Notes: generated by a model not told the origin, from the letters alone. A DNA stretch of 64,000 nucleotides from Planctomicrobium piriforme (GCA_945869735.1 CAMBPQ010000002.1:23276-87275); one strand, 5' to 3'; shown: positions 39,930 through 49,397, numbered from the stretch's first letter. A program made the numbers and translations.

Positions 39930-41045
39930 GTGACCACGATCCGCGTTCATTTGCCCGGCACCGCCGCGGCCTCAGATCTCGCGAACGACCGCTCGTATGA
40001 CATCGTCTGCGGCGGCGGAACACTCCGTTCGATCGGTGGGCTGGTTCGCGATGCCGGGGGCCGGCGCGCGGTCGTTGTCAGCGACGCGGCGGTGGTCACG
40101 ACCCATGCAGCCCAGGTCCTCGCCTCGCTCGTAACCGCCGGTGTCGACGCCGCCCTTCTCGAGGTGCCGTCCGGAGAAGCGTCAAAATCGATCGATGCCG
40201 CGGGCTGCCTCTGGAACGAGTTCGCCCGGCAGGCCGTCGATCGCGACACCCACGTCGTCGCCGTGGGTGGTGGCGTGGTCGGAGACCTCGCCGGGTTTGT
40301 GGCTGCCACGTTCGCCCGCGGTCTATCCGTCTGGCAGGTGCCGACCACGCTCGTGGCCCAAGTCGACAGCGCCATCGGCGGGAAAACAGGGATCAATCTC
40401 GAATCGGGCAAAAATCTAGTGGGGGTGTTCTGGCAGCCCCGTGGGGTTGTCGCCGACATCGACACGCTGGCAACGCTGCCGCCACGGGAGTTTATCAGCG
40501 GGCTTGCCGAGGTGGTGAAGTACGGAATGATCATCGATGCCGCGTTTTTCGCCTGGCTCGAGGAGCATGCGGCGGCCATATTGGCTCGGGAATCAGCCGC
40601 CCTCACGCATGCTGTTGAGCGGTCGGCCGCCATCAAAGCCGACGTCGTCGGACGCGACGAGCGGGAAATATCGGGGCTGCGGGCCGCGCTCAACTACGGC
40701 CACACCTTTGCGCACGCCTACGAGACGGCGGCTGGGTTTGGCACGCTCCTGCATGGTGAAGCGGTGGCCATCGGCATGGCACGGGCCGCCCGTCTTGCGG
40801 AACGGCTGGGCAGGCTCTCGCACGACGTCGTAGCCCGTCAGGACGCGTTGCTCCGCCTGCTTCAGCTCCCCGTCGCGCCGCCCGCGGGCCTCCACGACGC
40901 CGCACCGCTGATCGCGATCATGGGCCGAGACAAGAAGACGGTGGGCGGGAAACTGAGGTTCGTGCTTCCCAGCCGGATCGGGCACGTAGAACTCGTGGAC
41001 GGCGTGCCGGACGACGTCGTCCACGCCGTTCTACAGCAGGCGTAG
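39930..41045 (+). CDS. aroB: 3-dehydroquinate synthase
   Basis: GGGVVGDLAGF, PTTLVAQVDSAIGGKTGIN, EVVKYG, LNYGHTFAH, HGEAVAIG. Confidence 0.96.
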   Translation: MTTIRVHLPGTAAASDLANDRSYDIVCGGGTLRSIGGLVRDAGGRRAVVVSDAAVVTTHAAQVLASLVTAGVDAALLEVPSGEASKSIDAAGCLWNEFARQAVDRDTHVVAVGGGVVGDLAGFVAATFARGLSVWQVPTTLVAQVDSAIGGKTGINLESGKNLVGVFWQPRGVVADIDTLATLPPREFISGLAEVVKYGMIIDAAFFAWLEEHAAAILARESAALTHAVERSAAIKADVVGRDEREISGLRAALNYGHTFAHAYETAAGFGTLLHGEAVAIGMARAARLAERLGRLSHDVVARQDALLRLLQLPVAPPAGLHDAAPLIAIMGRDKKTVGGKLRFVLPSRIGHVELVDGVPDDVVHAVLQQA

Positions 41046-41160
41046 AGCGGGTCTGGCTGACGTGGAGCGTTGGTTCGGGGGCGGCAAAAGTCTCGTCGCT
41101 CTATCGCCGCGGCGGCCCGACGCTCCTCGAGCGTTCGCCGACCCCCTCGCCTCCCTCAAC
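41043..41160 (+). mobile_element. Module A copy 6, left end coincides with the aroB TAG stop
   Basis: TAGAGCG, 11 nt, CGTGG...GGTTCGGGGGCGGCAAAAGTCTCGTCGC...CTCCTCGAGCGTTCGCCGACCCCC; right end not recognisable. Confidence 0.75.
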
Positions 41161-41193
41161 CGGTTTCCCCTCCCCGACGCGAGTGGTTGAGCG

Positions 41194-41267
41194 GACCAGG
41201 GGGTGGAGCGATTCGCTCCACCCCCTGGTCGCCAGAGACCAGGCGCTGGAGCGATTCGCTCCAGCGC
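41194..41267. repeat. Two palindromes sharing the core GGAGCG-ATT-CGCTCC
   Basis: 41194-41230: 17-bp perfect arms around ATT; 41243-41267: 11-bp perfect arms around ATT. Confidence 0.85.
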
Positions 41268-41535
41268 GCCCCGGGCGGTCGCTGCCGCCGCCTCCATTGG
41301 TTTCCCGAACGAGCAGGGAAAAAAGCTTTTTTTCAAGCACATTTCTCCACCACCCCCTTTTTTTGACGTGCCGTGCCGCGAGTTGGCATGGCACGTGCAT
41401 GTCTTCCAGAGATGTGGGGGTGGCCCAACTAGATCTCCGACCTCGCAGATGTGCGTGGGCGGCGGAACTGACGGACCGCCTCTCGACATTCGTTGCTTTC
41501 CGTCGGCTACTGGTGACGTTGCAAGGAGTTCGCTC

Positions 41536-41664
41536 ATGAACCATTCCCTTTCGGTTGATTCTCCGGCCTGCGCAGCGAAGGCGTGCTGGGCTCTGACCCA
41601 GGCAGACGTGCTGCTCTGCGTCCTGCCGATTGCCGTGTTCCTGTCGATCGTATCGCTCGTCTGA
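41536..41664 (+). CDS. Putative 42-aa peptide with C-terminal TM segment
   Basis: AAGGAG SD 7 nt before ATG; MNHSLSVDSPACAAKACWALTQADVLLCVLPIAVFLSIVSLV. Confidence 0.5.
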   Translation: MNHSLSVDSPACAAKACWALTQADVLLCVLPIAVFLSIVSLV

Positions 41665-41722
41665 ACGTGAATAGATTGCTCCAAGTTTTTTCCGGGGTTC
41701 TTTCATCGAAAGGGCAATCATC

Positions 41723-41833
41723 GTGAACAGTCACGCTTCCCAGTCCCGCCGTCGGTCTGCCCAGATCACTTCATCGCTGCTCGTCAGTTGCCTGCTTGCC
41801 TTGTCGGCGGTCGCCTTGGTGATCGCCGGCTGA
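41723..41833 (+). CDS. Putative 36-aa peptide with C-terminal TM segment
   Basis: AAAGGG upstream of GTG; MNSHASQSRRRSAQITSSLLVSCLLALSAVALVIAG. Confidence 0.4.
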   Translation: MNSHASQSRRRSAQITSSLLVSCLLALSAVALVIAG

Positions 41834-41909
41834 ACGTATGTCGGTCTGTTTGCCGTCGCCACCGACGGCGGCTTAGGTCCGATTCACTCTCATCTCCATC
41901 AGGTGCCCT

Positions 41910-42329
41910 ATGCAATCCCTATTCTCTCAGCAGACGCGGTGGATCGTCGCGACGTTCGTGAGCGGCTTTTTGATGACCGCTTCTGCGACAGGCGTTTTCG
42001 CCGGAGATTTTGGGCCCCGTGAGGATGTGGCCGGCCTTGTGGAAACGCTGGTGGCGTCAAACGATTTGAAGCCGGCTCCCTCGGTCGGATCGCCGACGCT
42101 GGCGAGTCGGTCCGGCGGTTCAGTCATCGGTCCGGTCGCTTCACGCTCGACGCCTGAGGTTCGTGGTGCGGCTTCGACACGTGAGCTCTTCTCCAACTCA
42201 AAGGCCGTCGTGCCGCTGCTCGTGAGTGATCTCGAGCCCTCGGTTATCTCCGTCGCTCGCCCCATGGTGGGCAGTTTAGTAGGTGCCCGGCCGTTGATGC
42301 CGTGGTCCAGGTCCTCTGCCTCGCGTTGA
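41910..42329 (+). CDS. Exported low-complexity hypothetical protein
   Basis: AGGT SD; signal peptide ending GVFA; Ser/Pro-rich body. Confidence 0.6.
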   Translation: MQSLFSQQTRWIVATFVSGFLMTASATGVFAGDFGPREDVAGLVETLVASNDLKPAPSVGSPTLASRSGGSVIGPVASRSTPEVRGAASTRELFSNSKAVVPLLVSDLEPSVISVARPMVGSLVGARPLMPWSRSSASR

Positions 42330-42360
42330 TTCAGCGACAACAGTGGTTCAACTTCCTGTC

Positions 42361-42393
42361 CAGTTTCCCCCCGCCAGTTTCCCCCCGCCAGTT
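42361..42393. repeat. 2.4 x 14-bp tandem repeat CAGTTTCCCCCCGC
   Basis: 42361-42374, 42375-42388 and a partial third copy. Confidence 0.8.
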
Positions 42394-42417
42394 CAACATT
42401 CTCGAGGTCTTCAAATC

Positions 42418-42912
42418 ATGGACACCATCATCCATTCCGCTGGCGAATCGTCGCTCCGGTCAGTCGGCATCAACGAAATCGTGATCGTTGATGGGACGTG
42501 CGATCGCTACGGCGACTTCGTTCAGGCAGCGCAGGCGGGTGAGGTTGGCGTCCATTTCTGCGTCGATGGCAGATCGGCCGTGAGACTGTCTCGCCGGTTT
42601 CGGGCTGATGCCTGGCTGGTAGCTGCCGAACTTCCCGACATGTCGGGCTTCGACCTGCTCGACATGCTCTCGCCGCACGTCCTCCAAGGGGGCGTCGATC
42701 CGCTGCTTTCAGGATCACGGATCTCACTCGACCAGATCGGTCACGGAATGCGGTCCGGGATCTTCATCGTGTCCGACGCATATCGGCTCGAAGACGAGCA
42801 GCGGGCCCTGACGTCTGGAGTTGCGGGGTATCTCGTCCGGCCAATCACGCTCGACGTCATTCGGGCGACCAGGATTCCCTCTTGCATGTCTCCGGTCACG
42901 GCCATGGGCTGA
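42418..42912 (+). CDS. Atypical single-domain response regulator (pseudo-receiver)
   Basis: IVIVDG, WLVAAELPDMSGFDLL, IFIVS, ALTSGVAGYLVRP; ATG at 42418. Confidence 0.75.
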   Translation: MDTIIHSAGESSLRSVGINEIVIVDGTCDRYGDFVQAAQAGEVGVHFCVDGRSAVRLSRRFRADAWLVAAELPDMSGFDLLDMLSPHVLQGGVDPLLSGSRISLDQIGHGMRSGIFIVSDAYRLEDEQRALTSGVAGYLVRPITLDVIRATRIPSCMSPVTAMG

Positions 42913-42996
42913 GCCTGCCCGTCGATGCAGGTTCGGCATCAAAGCTGTCGTCGCAGCAGTCTGAAGAGTGCTCGCATCCGGCCCAAGATGGACACT

Positions 42997-43257
42997 ATGC
43001 GGATACCTCCTTCTTTGGCCGCAACCGCCGTGGTGCTGATCGGCCTCGCGCACGGTCCGACAGCGTTTCCGCAGAACGATTGGCAGTTTCCCGACCCTTA
43101 TTTTGGGATCCTTGAAATCGAGAAGTCGCATCCGTCGCCATCCGCTGAGCGGCGGTATCGAGCCGAGGTGGCGCCTCCCCCCAAGGAGCGATTGCCCGCC
43201 CGTCAACGCCAGCGACTGTTCCGACCGCGCTCGCGGCCCGCGACCGTCGGCCGTTGA
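42997..43257 (+). CDS. Small exported hypothetical protein (86 aa)
   Basis: Signal peptide; WQFPDPYFGILEIEK; Arg/Pro-rich tail. Confidence 0.55.
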   Translation: MRIPPSLAATAVVLIGLAHGPTAFPQNDWQFPDPYFGILEIEKSHPSPSAERRYRAEVAPPPKERLPARQRQRLFRPRSRPATVGR

Positions 43258-43308
43258 TCCCGACGCGGGTTTCGGTCCGCCAATCATGGGGATTCTGATC
43301 GCGACGGA

Positions 43309-45198
43309 ATGACGATGAAGACACGGGGGCGGAACTCACGGCACGGGCTTGCCTGGGGGAATCAGCGCCCCGCAGGCCGAGATCTCTTTCGGTTCTTGCT
43401 CGTCGTGGTGGGGGTCGCAGCGGTTCTTGTCCCTCGGGCTCATGCCATCGTCAGTAGCAACACCGGTGCGTCACCGCCGTTTACAGGCACGGTGATCAAC
43501 TACCAGGTCGGGGCAGGCACCTTCTACGATCTTGGCTTTTTCGGCGGCCGGGCCACCGTCGCCAACATCGAGGCGGGCGCGATCTGGAACGGCCACGAGA
43601 CGCTTGCAGGCCGGGTCTCCCAGTACCTGGCCGATCCGGCCATCGTCGACACCGGCACGACGCAACTCGGCCAGCTCGACTGGCACGCCACGATGGTCGG
43701 CCAAACGATCGGTGGGGCCGGCCAGCTGTATTTCCATCAGGCCGGCATCGCTCCCGCGGCGCAGCTCTGGTCTGCCTCCATCGCCACCCAATGGCTCGCT
43801 TCGGGCACCGCCGAGTTCGTCGGCGGCTTCGATATCACCGACCAGAGCTTTTTTTACGCCTACACCAAAGCGATGCGGAACGGCGTCGTCTCCGGCAGCG
43901 CAACGCTCCGCGCCAGCGTCGTCAACAGCAGCTGGGGCAACAGCGGCGACTCCGCCGGCAACAGCCGCTACACGATCGCGATCGACGCGCTCGCCCTCGA
44001 GGACAACGTGGTCACGGTCGTCGCGGCCGGTAACTCCGGCCCCATGGCTAACACCGTGGGCGGGCCCGCGACGGGCTACAACGTGATCGCGGCCGCGGCC
44101 CTGACCGGCGACCAGACCGTTCCGGTCTATTCGCAGGTGGCGGATTTCTCCAGCCGGGGCCCGAGCGACTTCTTCAATCCCGTCTCGGGAACCATGATCC
44201 CTGGTGTCCGCCCCACGGTCGACATCACGGCGCCCGGCGACGACCTCACGCTCGCTTTCTACGGCGGCCTGACCGGCGGCCGCCTCTCCGGGACGGCCGT
44301 GACAGGCACGGCTTTTTACATTCCCAACATGGACGGCACGAGCTTTTCGGCCCCGATCGTCGCAGGCGCCGCGGCGTTGATGGTGGACGCCGGCACGTTA
44401 TTCGTCGACGGCGGTGCCGCAAGCAGTGAGATGCTCGACGCCCGTGTCATCAAGGCGGCCATGCTCACGGCCGCCCGTGCGCCCACGGGCTGGAACAACG
44501 GGCAGTCAACAGTGGGGGGCGTGGTGACGACGACACAGGCTCTCGACTACGCCAGCGGCGCCGGCATTCTCGACCTCGACACCGCGTATCGTGTGTACTT
44601 GGGTGATCCCGCGGCGGTCACGATCGATGGCATCACCTACATCGAAGCCGGCATCAACACAACGCTCGGTGTGTTGGGATCGGCGGGCGGCAGCGGGCTC
44701 AAGCACCGCGGCTGGGATCTGGGCAGTGTGCTCAACAGCGGGACATGGGGGGCCGGCGGCACCAACGTCTACTCCTTCGGCACGCCGCTTACCGCCGGCG
44801 ACACGCTCACCGCCGCGCTCACCTGGTTCGCCGACCGCACGCTCGGCAGCTCTCTCACGTCGGCCGTCGACGTGGCCCTCAGCAACCTCGTGCTCGAGGT
44901 TTGGCGGAGCGACGGACTCAGTGGCGATGCGCTGGTAGCCCAGTCCAACGCGACCTACAGCACCACGGAGTTTCTCCGCTTTGCAGTGCCGGAGACGGGC
45001 ACCTACAGCATGCGGGTCGTGGGGCTCGACCAGATCTACAATGTCGCCCCCACGCCCGACACCAGCACGGCCTACGCGCTGGCATGGCAGGCGGTGCCCG
45101 TGCCCGAACCGGCGCCACTGGTCCTCGCGGGCATCGCCCTCGTGGCAGTGGCCACTCGATGGCGGGGAAGAAAGCGATCCAGCAGCGACACGGCGTGA
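43309..45198 (+). CDS. S8 (subtilisin-like) serine peptidase with PEP-CTERM sorting signal
   Basis: NIEAG, DWHAT, AAGNSG, GTSFSAP; C-terminal VPEP + TM + basic tail. Confidence 0.88.
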   Translation: MTMKTRGRNSRHGLAWGNQRPAGRDLFRFLLVVVGVAAVLVPRAHAIVSSNTGASPPFTGTVINYQVGAGTFYDLGFFGGRATVANIEAGAIWNGHETLAGRVSQYLADPAIVDTGTTQLGQLDWHATMVGQTIGGAGQLYFHQAGIAPAAQLWSASIATQWLASGTAEFVGGFDITDQSFFYAYTKAMRNGVVSGSATLRASVVNSSWGNSGDSAGNSRYTIAIDALALEDNVVTVVAAGNSGPMANTVGGPATGYNVIAAAALTGDQTVPVYSQVADFSSRGPSDFFNPVSGTMIPGVRPTVDITAPGDDLTLAFYGGLTGGRLSGTAVTGTAFYIPNMDGTSFSAPIVAGAAALMVDAGTLFVDGGAASSEMLDARVIKAAMLTAARAPTGWNNGQSTVGGVVTTTQALDYASGAGILDLDTAYRVYLGDPAAVTIDGITYIEAGINTTLGVLGSAGGSGLKHRGWDLGSVLNSGTWGAGGTNVYSFGTPLTAGDTLTAALTWFADRTLGSSLTSAVDVALSNLVLEVWRSDGLSGDALVAQSNATYSTTEFLRFAVPETGTYSMRVVGLDQIYNVAPTPDTSTAYALAWQAVPVPEPAPLVLAGIALVAVATRWRGRKRSSSDTA

Positions 45199-45210
45199 CG
45201 CGTCGCCGGG

Positions 45211-46551
45211 TTACCAGCGGCCCTCGATGGCCAGGCCCCCCATGTCGGCCGTCGGCATGGGAACGACGCGAACCTCCATCCCGGCGAAGTGCATCTCTGT
45301 CATGTTCACCGCCCGCGAACTCGCCCACGCCAGATACCAGCCAAGGAACACCTGCGATGGATAGTGGGCGTTGTCGGTCATCCGGGAAAAGCCGACGAAC
45401 GTCGAGCAGACGTAAAGCGTGCCCTTGAGCAGCGGGCTCTCCACCATCTCGGCGGCGGCGAGGAATGGGACCGCGCCAATAAAGGCGTGGCCACTCACGC
45501 CGTTGTTGTCGTTGAAGAAATGCCACTGGCTGCCGACACCGTCGGACGGACGCGAGGCCCCGGTCGCGAGCTGCAGCACATAGACCGGTGGCCCACCCAC
45601 GACGAACATCCGCAGCGACCGCGAGCCCCACTCGCCGACGACGTCTCCCGCGGGGTTGCCCTCAAACACCAGCCCCGTCGCCGCCGCGACTCCGAAAATC
45701 GGCAGGAGGTACCGCCCCTCACCGATGTCCTTGCAGTCCGAAAAGAAGGTGCCCACGCTCGTCGGCTCCACGCCTCGCTGCCAGGCGCCCTGCATCGTAT
45801 CGTCGAAGCCGGTGTTGGCCATCAAAGCCCCTGCGCCGAACGCGGCCGACAGGCAGACGAGGCTGTCGCAGGAGTAGAAGTTACGGTAGTCCTCGAGCAC
45901 CTGATATCCCACCCGAGCCGTGCGGGGAAAACGGCTCCGCGACCACGGGAGTTCTGGTGGCGGCGACGCGAGCAACTCCTCGCGGTCGAGCGGTGGCAGG
46001 GCGTAGATAGGCTCGGCCGCCGGTGACATCTGGGCGGCCAACTCAACGGTGACGCTCTCGGCATCTGGTTCGGTCTGCCAATCGCCAACCAGTTCGATCC
46101 CCTGCCCCCCGGCTGCCGAGCCCGAGAGTTTCTGCGTCTCCACGACCGCGGCGATCCACGCCCCTGTGGTGGCGGGTACGACGCGGACCACCACCCGCTG
46201 CCGGCGAGGCGGCCATGACTCGAGCAGGGAGCCAGGCGGCTCGACCCACGCTGACTCGATCCGCCCCTCACGGGGCGGCGTGGCGAGGAAGTCGGGCTCC
46301 ACGGCCCGCGTCACCGGCCACTCGGCCGACACCGTGGCGAGCGTCCGCCGCCAGAGTTGCATGCCATCGGCTGCCGGCAGGAACATGCCGGCGGCATCCT
46401 CGGCGCGCAGCGTCGCCGGGGCGAACAGCGCCAGCACCAGAGCCGTCCAAACAAGGCTCTTGCTGAGGGTTCGCCACACCGACACGGATGTGGGGTCGAG
46501 GGAAGAGTTCATGAGCGGCGGAACTCTCCCAGCCGCGCAGGCCGGGGGCAA
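45211..46551 (-). CDS. PAP2-like phosphatase with extra N-terminal exported domain
   Basis: ASRP, VSGHAF, FSRMTDNAHYPSQV; probable start ATG 46512. Confidence 0.75.
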   Translation of the reverse strand: MPPACAAGRVPPLMNSSLDPTSVSVWRTLSKSLVWTALVLALFAPATLRAEDAAGMFLPAADGMQLWRRTLATVSAEWPVTRAVEPDFLATPPREGRIESAWVEPPGSLLESWPPRRQRVVVRVVPATTGAWIAAVVETQKLSGSAAGGQGIELVGDWQTEPDAESVTVELAAQMSPAAEPIYALPPLDREELLASPPPELPWSRSRFPRTARVGYQVLEDYRNFYSCDSLVCLSAAFGAGALMANTGFDDTMQGAWQRGVEPTSVGTFFSDCKDIGEGRYLLPIFGVAAATGLVFEGNPAGDVVGEWGSRSLRMFVVGGPPVYVLQLATGASRPSDGVGSQWHFFNDNNGVSGHAFIGAVPFLAAAEMVESPLLKGTLYVCSTFVGFSRMTDNAHYPSQVFLGWYLAWASSRAVNMTEMHFAGMEVRVVPMPTADMGGLAIEGRW

Positions 46552-46658
46552 GCCTGGTTTCCCCTGTCAAAGCGGGGGAGCCGGGAAGCCCGGGCGAGCA
46601 TGCTCCCGCACCCTGCTGCCGGCCGCAGTCGCGACGGCCGCGCAAACGTCGCTCTCGC

Positions 46659-47325
46659 TCAGGGACTCGTGGGGCCCGATTGGTGCGGGCCTGTCGAGAC
46701 GGAGTCGATCCTTCCATCCTCCATGGAGGCGATCCGCTGGATGAGCTCCATCGTGATCCGCCCATTCTCGGCATCGAGGGCGCTGGTCGGCTCATCGCAG
46801 ACCAGCAGCCGCGGCGAGTGGACGAGCGCCCGGGCAATCGCGACCCGCGACCGCCTCCAGCCCGCGATCAACAGCGGGACAGCCGCATTTTCCACCGCCG
46901 TCAGGCTGGCAGGAGGTTGTACGACTGGAAGACGAAGCCCACGTTGTCGCGGCGGAAGCGGACTTTCGCCGCTTTGCGCATGGCAACGAGGTCACGCCCA
47001 AGGACGACGACGTCGCCAGCCAACGGTTCCAGCGTGCCGGCGACGATCGAGACCAGCGTCGTCTTGCCGCAGCCGCTCGGCCCGACGAGCATCAGCATCT
47101 CGCCATAGGGGACGTCGAGGTCGAGGGCGGGAGAAGGGCCCTGCACGTCAGCCACGGCTCGTCCCCCTTCAGCCGCGGAACACAATGGCGGGATCGACGA
47201 CCAGCACCTTGCGGATCGACAGCAGACTCGCCAGGAGCACGATCAGGAGCACCTGCCACGGCATGAAGAAGGAGAGCCCGGTCAAGATGCCTTCTGGAGC
47301 GCCCACGAGCGTGGCGGGCCCTTCA
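46659..47325 (-). pseudogene. Remnant of a DevA/LolD-type ABC ATPase and a DevC-type permease
   Basis: GPSGCGKTT...VFQSYNLLPA, then a frameshift near 46903; RVAIARAL...DEPTSALD with no LSGGQ and no H-loop; upstream SQIRDI joined to a LLSIRKVLVVDPAIVFRG C-terminus. Confidence 0.8.
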
Positions 47326-47461
47326 ATGTCGCGGATCTGGCTGATGGTGAGCGACATCCCGTGGGCACACTCACCAACCCCCGGAAAACCGTGGCCGAAA
47401 ACATGGCCTGAGCCAGGCTCTGGTATCCTGTGGCCCCGCGAAGCCAGAGGAAGGTGCAGCC

Positions 47462-49342
47462 GTGCCGAATCAAGCCGGGACCGAAGCCGGTCCGAACGAC
47501 GCCACGATCGTCGACGATGCACGGATCACGGAGGTGCTCTCGCGATGGTGGGGCTTCGACCACCTTCGGCCGCTCCAGTCCGAGGCCATCAAGGCCGCCC
47601 TCGAGGGGCGTGACTCGCTGGTCGTGATGCCGACGGGCGGGGGCAAAAGCCTCTGCTACCAGCTGCCGCCGCTGGTGGGTGAATCGACCGACGTCGTGAT
47701 CTCGCCGCTGGTCGCGCTGATGAAGGACCAGGTCGACGCGCTCGAGGCGATCGGCTACCCAGCCGCGGCGCTCCACGGCGGGATGTCGCAGGAGGAACGG
47801 GCGGACGTTCGCGACCGTCTGGCGGCTGGGGAGCTCCGGCTGCTCTTCGCCGCGCCCGAACGGCTGGTAAACACGGGCCTCCTCGACGTGCTCGCCCGCG
47901 TCGGCGTGAAACGGTTCGCGATCGACGAGGCCCACTGCATCAGCCACTGGGGGCACGACTTCCGTCCGGAATACCGGCAGCTTGCCCTCCTCCGCGACCG
48001 CTTTCCCTCGGCCAGCATCCACGCCTTTACCGCCACCGCCACGCCGCGCGTCCGCGATGACATCGCCCGCCAACTCAGCCTCCGCGATCCGGCCACGCTC
48101 GTGGGCACGTTCGACCGGCCGAATCTCGTCTATCGGGTCGTGCCCCGGACCGACCGCATTGCGCAGACGCTGGCGATCCTCGGCCGGCATAAGGGGGAGG
48201 CCTCGATCGTCTACTGCATCTCGCGCAAAGAAACGGAGCGGCTCGCCGAGCGGCTCGCGGCCGATGGCATCTTGGCCCAGCCCTACCATGCCGGCCTCGA
48301 TCCACGGCAGCGGCACAAGACCCAGGAGGCGTTCGCCCGCGAGACGATCGACGTGGTGGTCGCCACCGTCGCCTTTGGTATGGGGATCGACCGCTCCGAC
48401 GTTCGCCTGGTGCTGCACACGTCGCTCCCCAAGAGCCTGGAGGCCTACCAGCAGGAGACCGGCCGCGCCGGCCGCGACGGGCTCGCCGCCGAATGCGTGC
48501 TCCTCTATTCGTCGGCCGACGTCTTCAGTTGGGAGTCGCTCGTTCGCAAGAGCGCCGCGGAGTCGGATCTCGACCCCGAAGAGCAGGAGCGGCTCATCGC
48601 CTCCCAGGCGGAACACCTGCACGCGATGCGCCGCTATGCGCAGGCCGCCCGCTGCCGCCATGCGGCCCTCTCGGAATATTTCGGCCAGGCGTATCCCGGC
48701 GAAACCTGCGGGGCCTGCGATGTGTGCCTCGGTGAGACCGAGAGCCTCCCCGACGCAGCGGTCATAGCCCAGAAGATCATCTCGTGCGTGGCCCGCGTGC
48801 AGGAACGGTTCGGCGTCCGCCACGTCTGCGAGGTGCTCCGGGGCGCGAAGACAGACGGCATTCTCCGCCACGGCCACGACCAACTTTCCACCTTCGGCCT
48901 ACTCGTATCGCTCGACCAACGGGCGGCGGAAAACCTCGTCCATCAACTCCTCGATCAGGAGCTGCTCTCCCGAACCGGCGGCGATCGCCCGGTCGTCACG
49001 CTCAACGACCGCTCCTGGGAGGTTCTGCGAGGACAGCGGTCCGTGATGCTGCTGGAGCCACGGGCCGGCAAGACGGCGAAGACAACGAAGGCCGACGCTG
49101 ACGATTGGCAAGGCGTGGATCGCGACCTGTTCGAGCGGCTGCGAAAGTGGCGCCGGCGGATCGCCGAGGCCCGCGGCAAGCCCGCCTGGACGATCCTCGA
49201 CGACAAGGCGCTGCGGGCAATCGCGCGGGAAAAACCCGCCTCGCCCGCCGCCCTGCTCCGCTGCAAGGGTATCGGCGAGAAACGGCTGGCCGATTTTGGT
49301 GATGACATTCTCAATCTCGTCAACGGACGTGACGACGGGTAA
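47462..49342 (+). CDS. recQ: ATP-dependent DNA helicase RecQ with HRDC domain
   Basis: MPTGGGKSLCYQ, DEAHCISHWGHDFRP, QETGRAGRDG, C-terminal Cys cluster, HRDC. Confidence 0.97.
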   Translation: MPNQAGTEAGPNDATIVDDARITEVLSRWWGFDHLRPLQSEAIKAALEGRDSLVVMPTGGGKSLCYQLPPLVGESTDVVISPLVALMKDQVDALEAIGYPAAALHGGMSQEERADVRDRLAAGELRLLFAAPERLVNTGLLDVLARVGVKRFAIDEAHCISHWGHDFRPEYRQLALLRDRFPSASIHAFTATATPRVRDDIARQLSLRDPATLVGTFDRPNLVYRVVPRTDRIAQTLAILGRHKGEASIVYCISRKETERLAERLAADGILAQPYHAGLDPRQRHKTQEAFARETIDVVVATVAFGMGIDRSDVRLVLHTSLPKSLEAYQQETGRAGRDGLAAECVLLYSSADVFSWESLVRKSAAESDLDPEEQERLIASQAEHLHAMRRYAQAARCRHAALSEYFGQAYPGETCGACDVCLGETESLPDAAVIAQKIISCVARVQERFGVRHVCEVLRGAKTDGILRHGHDQLSTFGLLVSLDQRAAENLVHQLLDQELLSRTGGDRPVVTLNDRSWEVLRGQRSVMLLEPRAGKTAKTTKADADDWQGVDRDLFERLRKWRRRIAEARGKPAWTILDDKALRAIAREKPASPAALLRCKGIGEKRLADFGDDILNLVNGRDDG

Positions 49343-49397
49343 CCTGCTTGTCGGCGCGCGACCTTCGCCCGCTTTCTTCGCACTCCACGAGGTCTTC

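Noticed and set aside
46565-46570. Perfect TTGACA upstream of the PAP2 gene
   Set aside because: There is no plausible -10 hexamer at 16-18 nt spacing.
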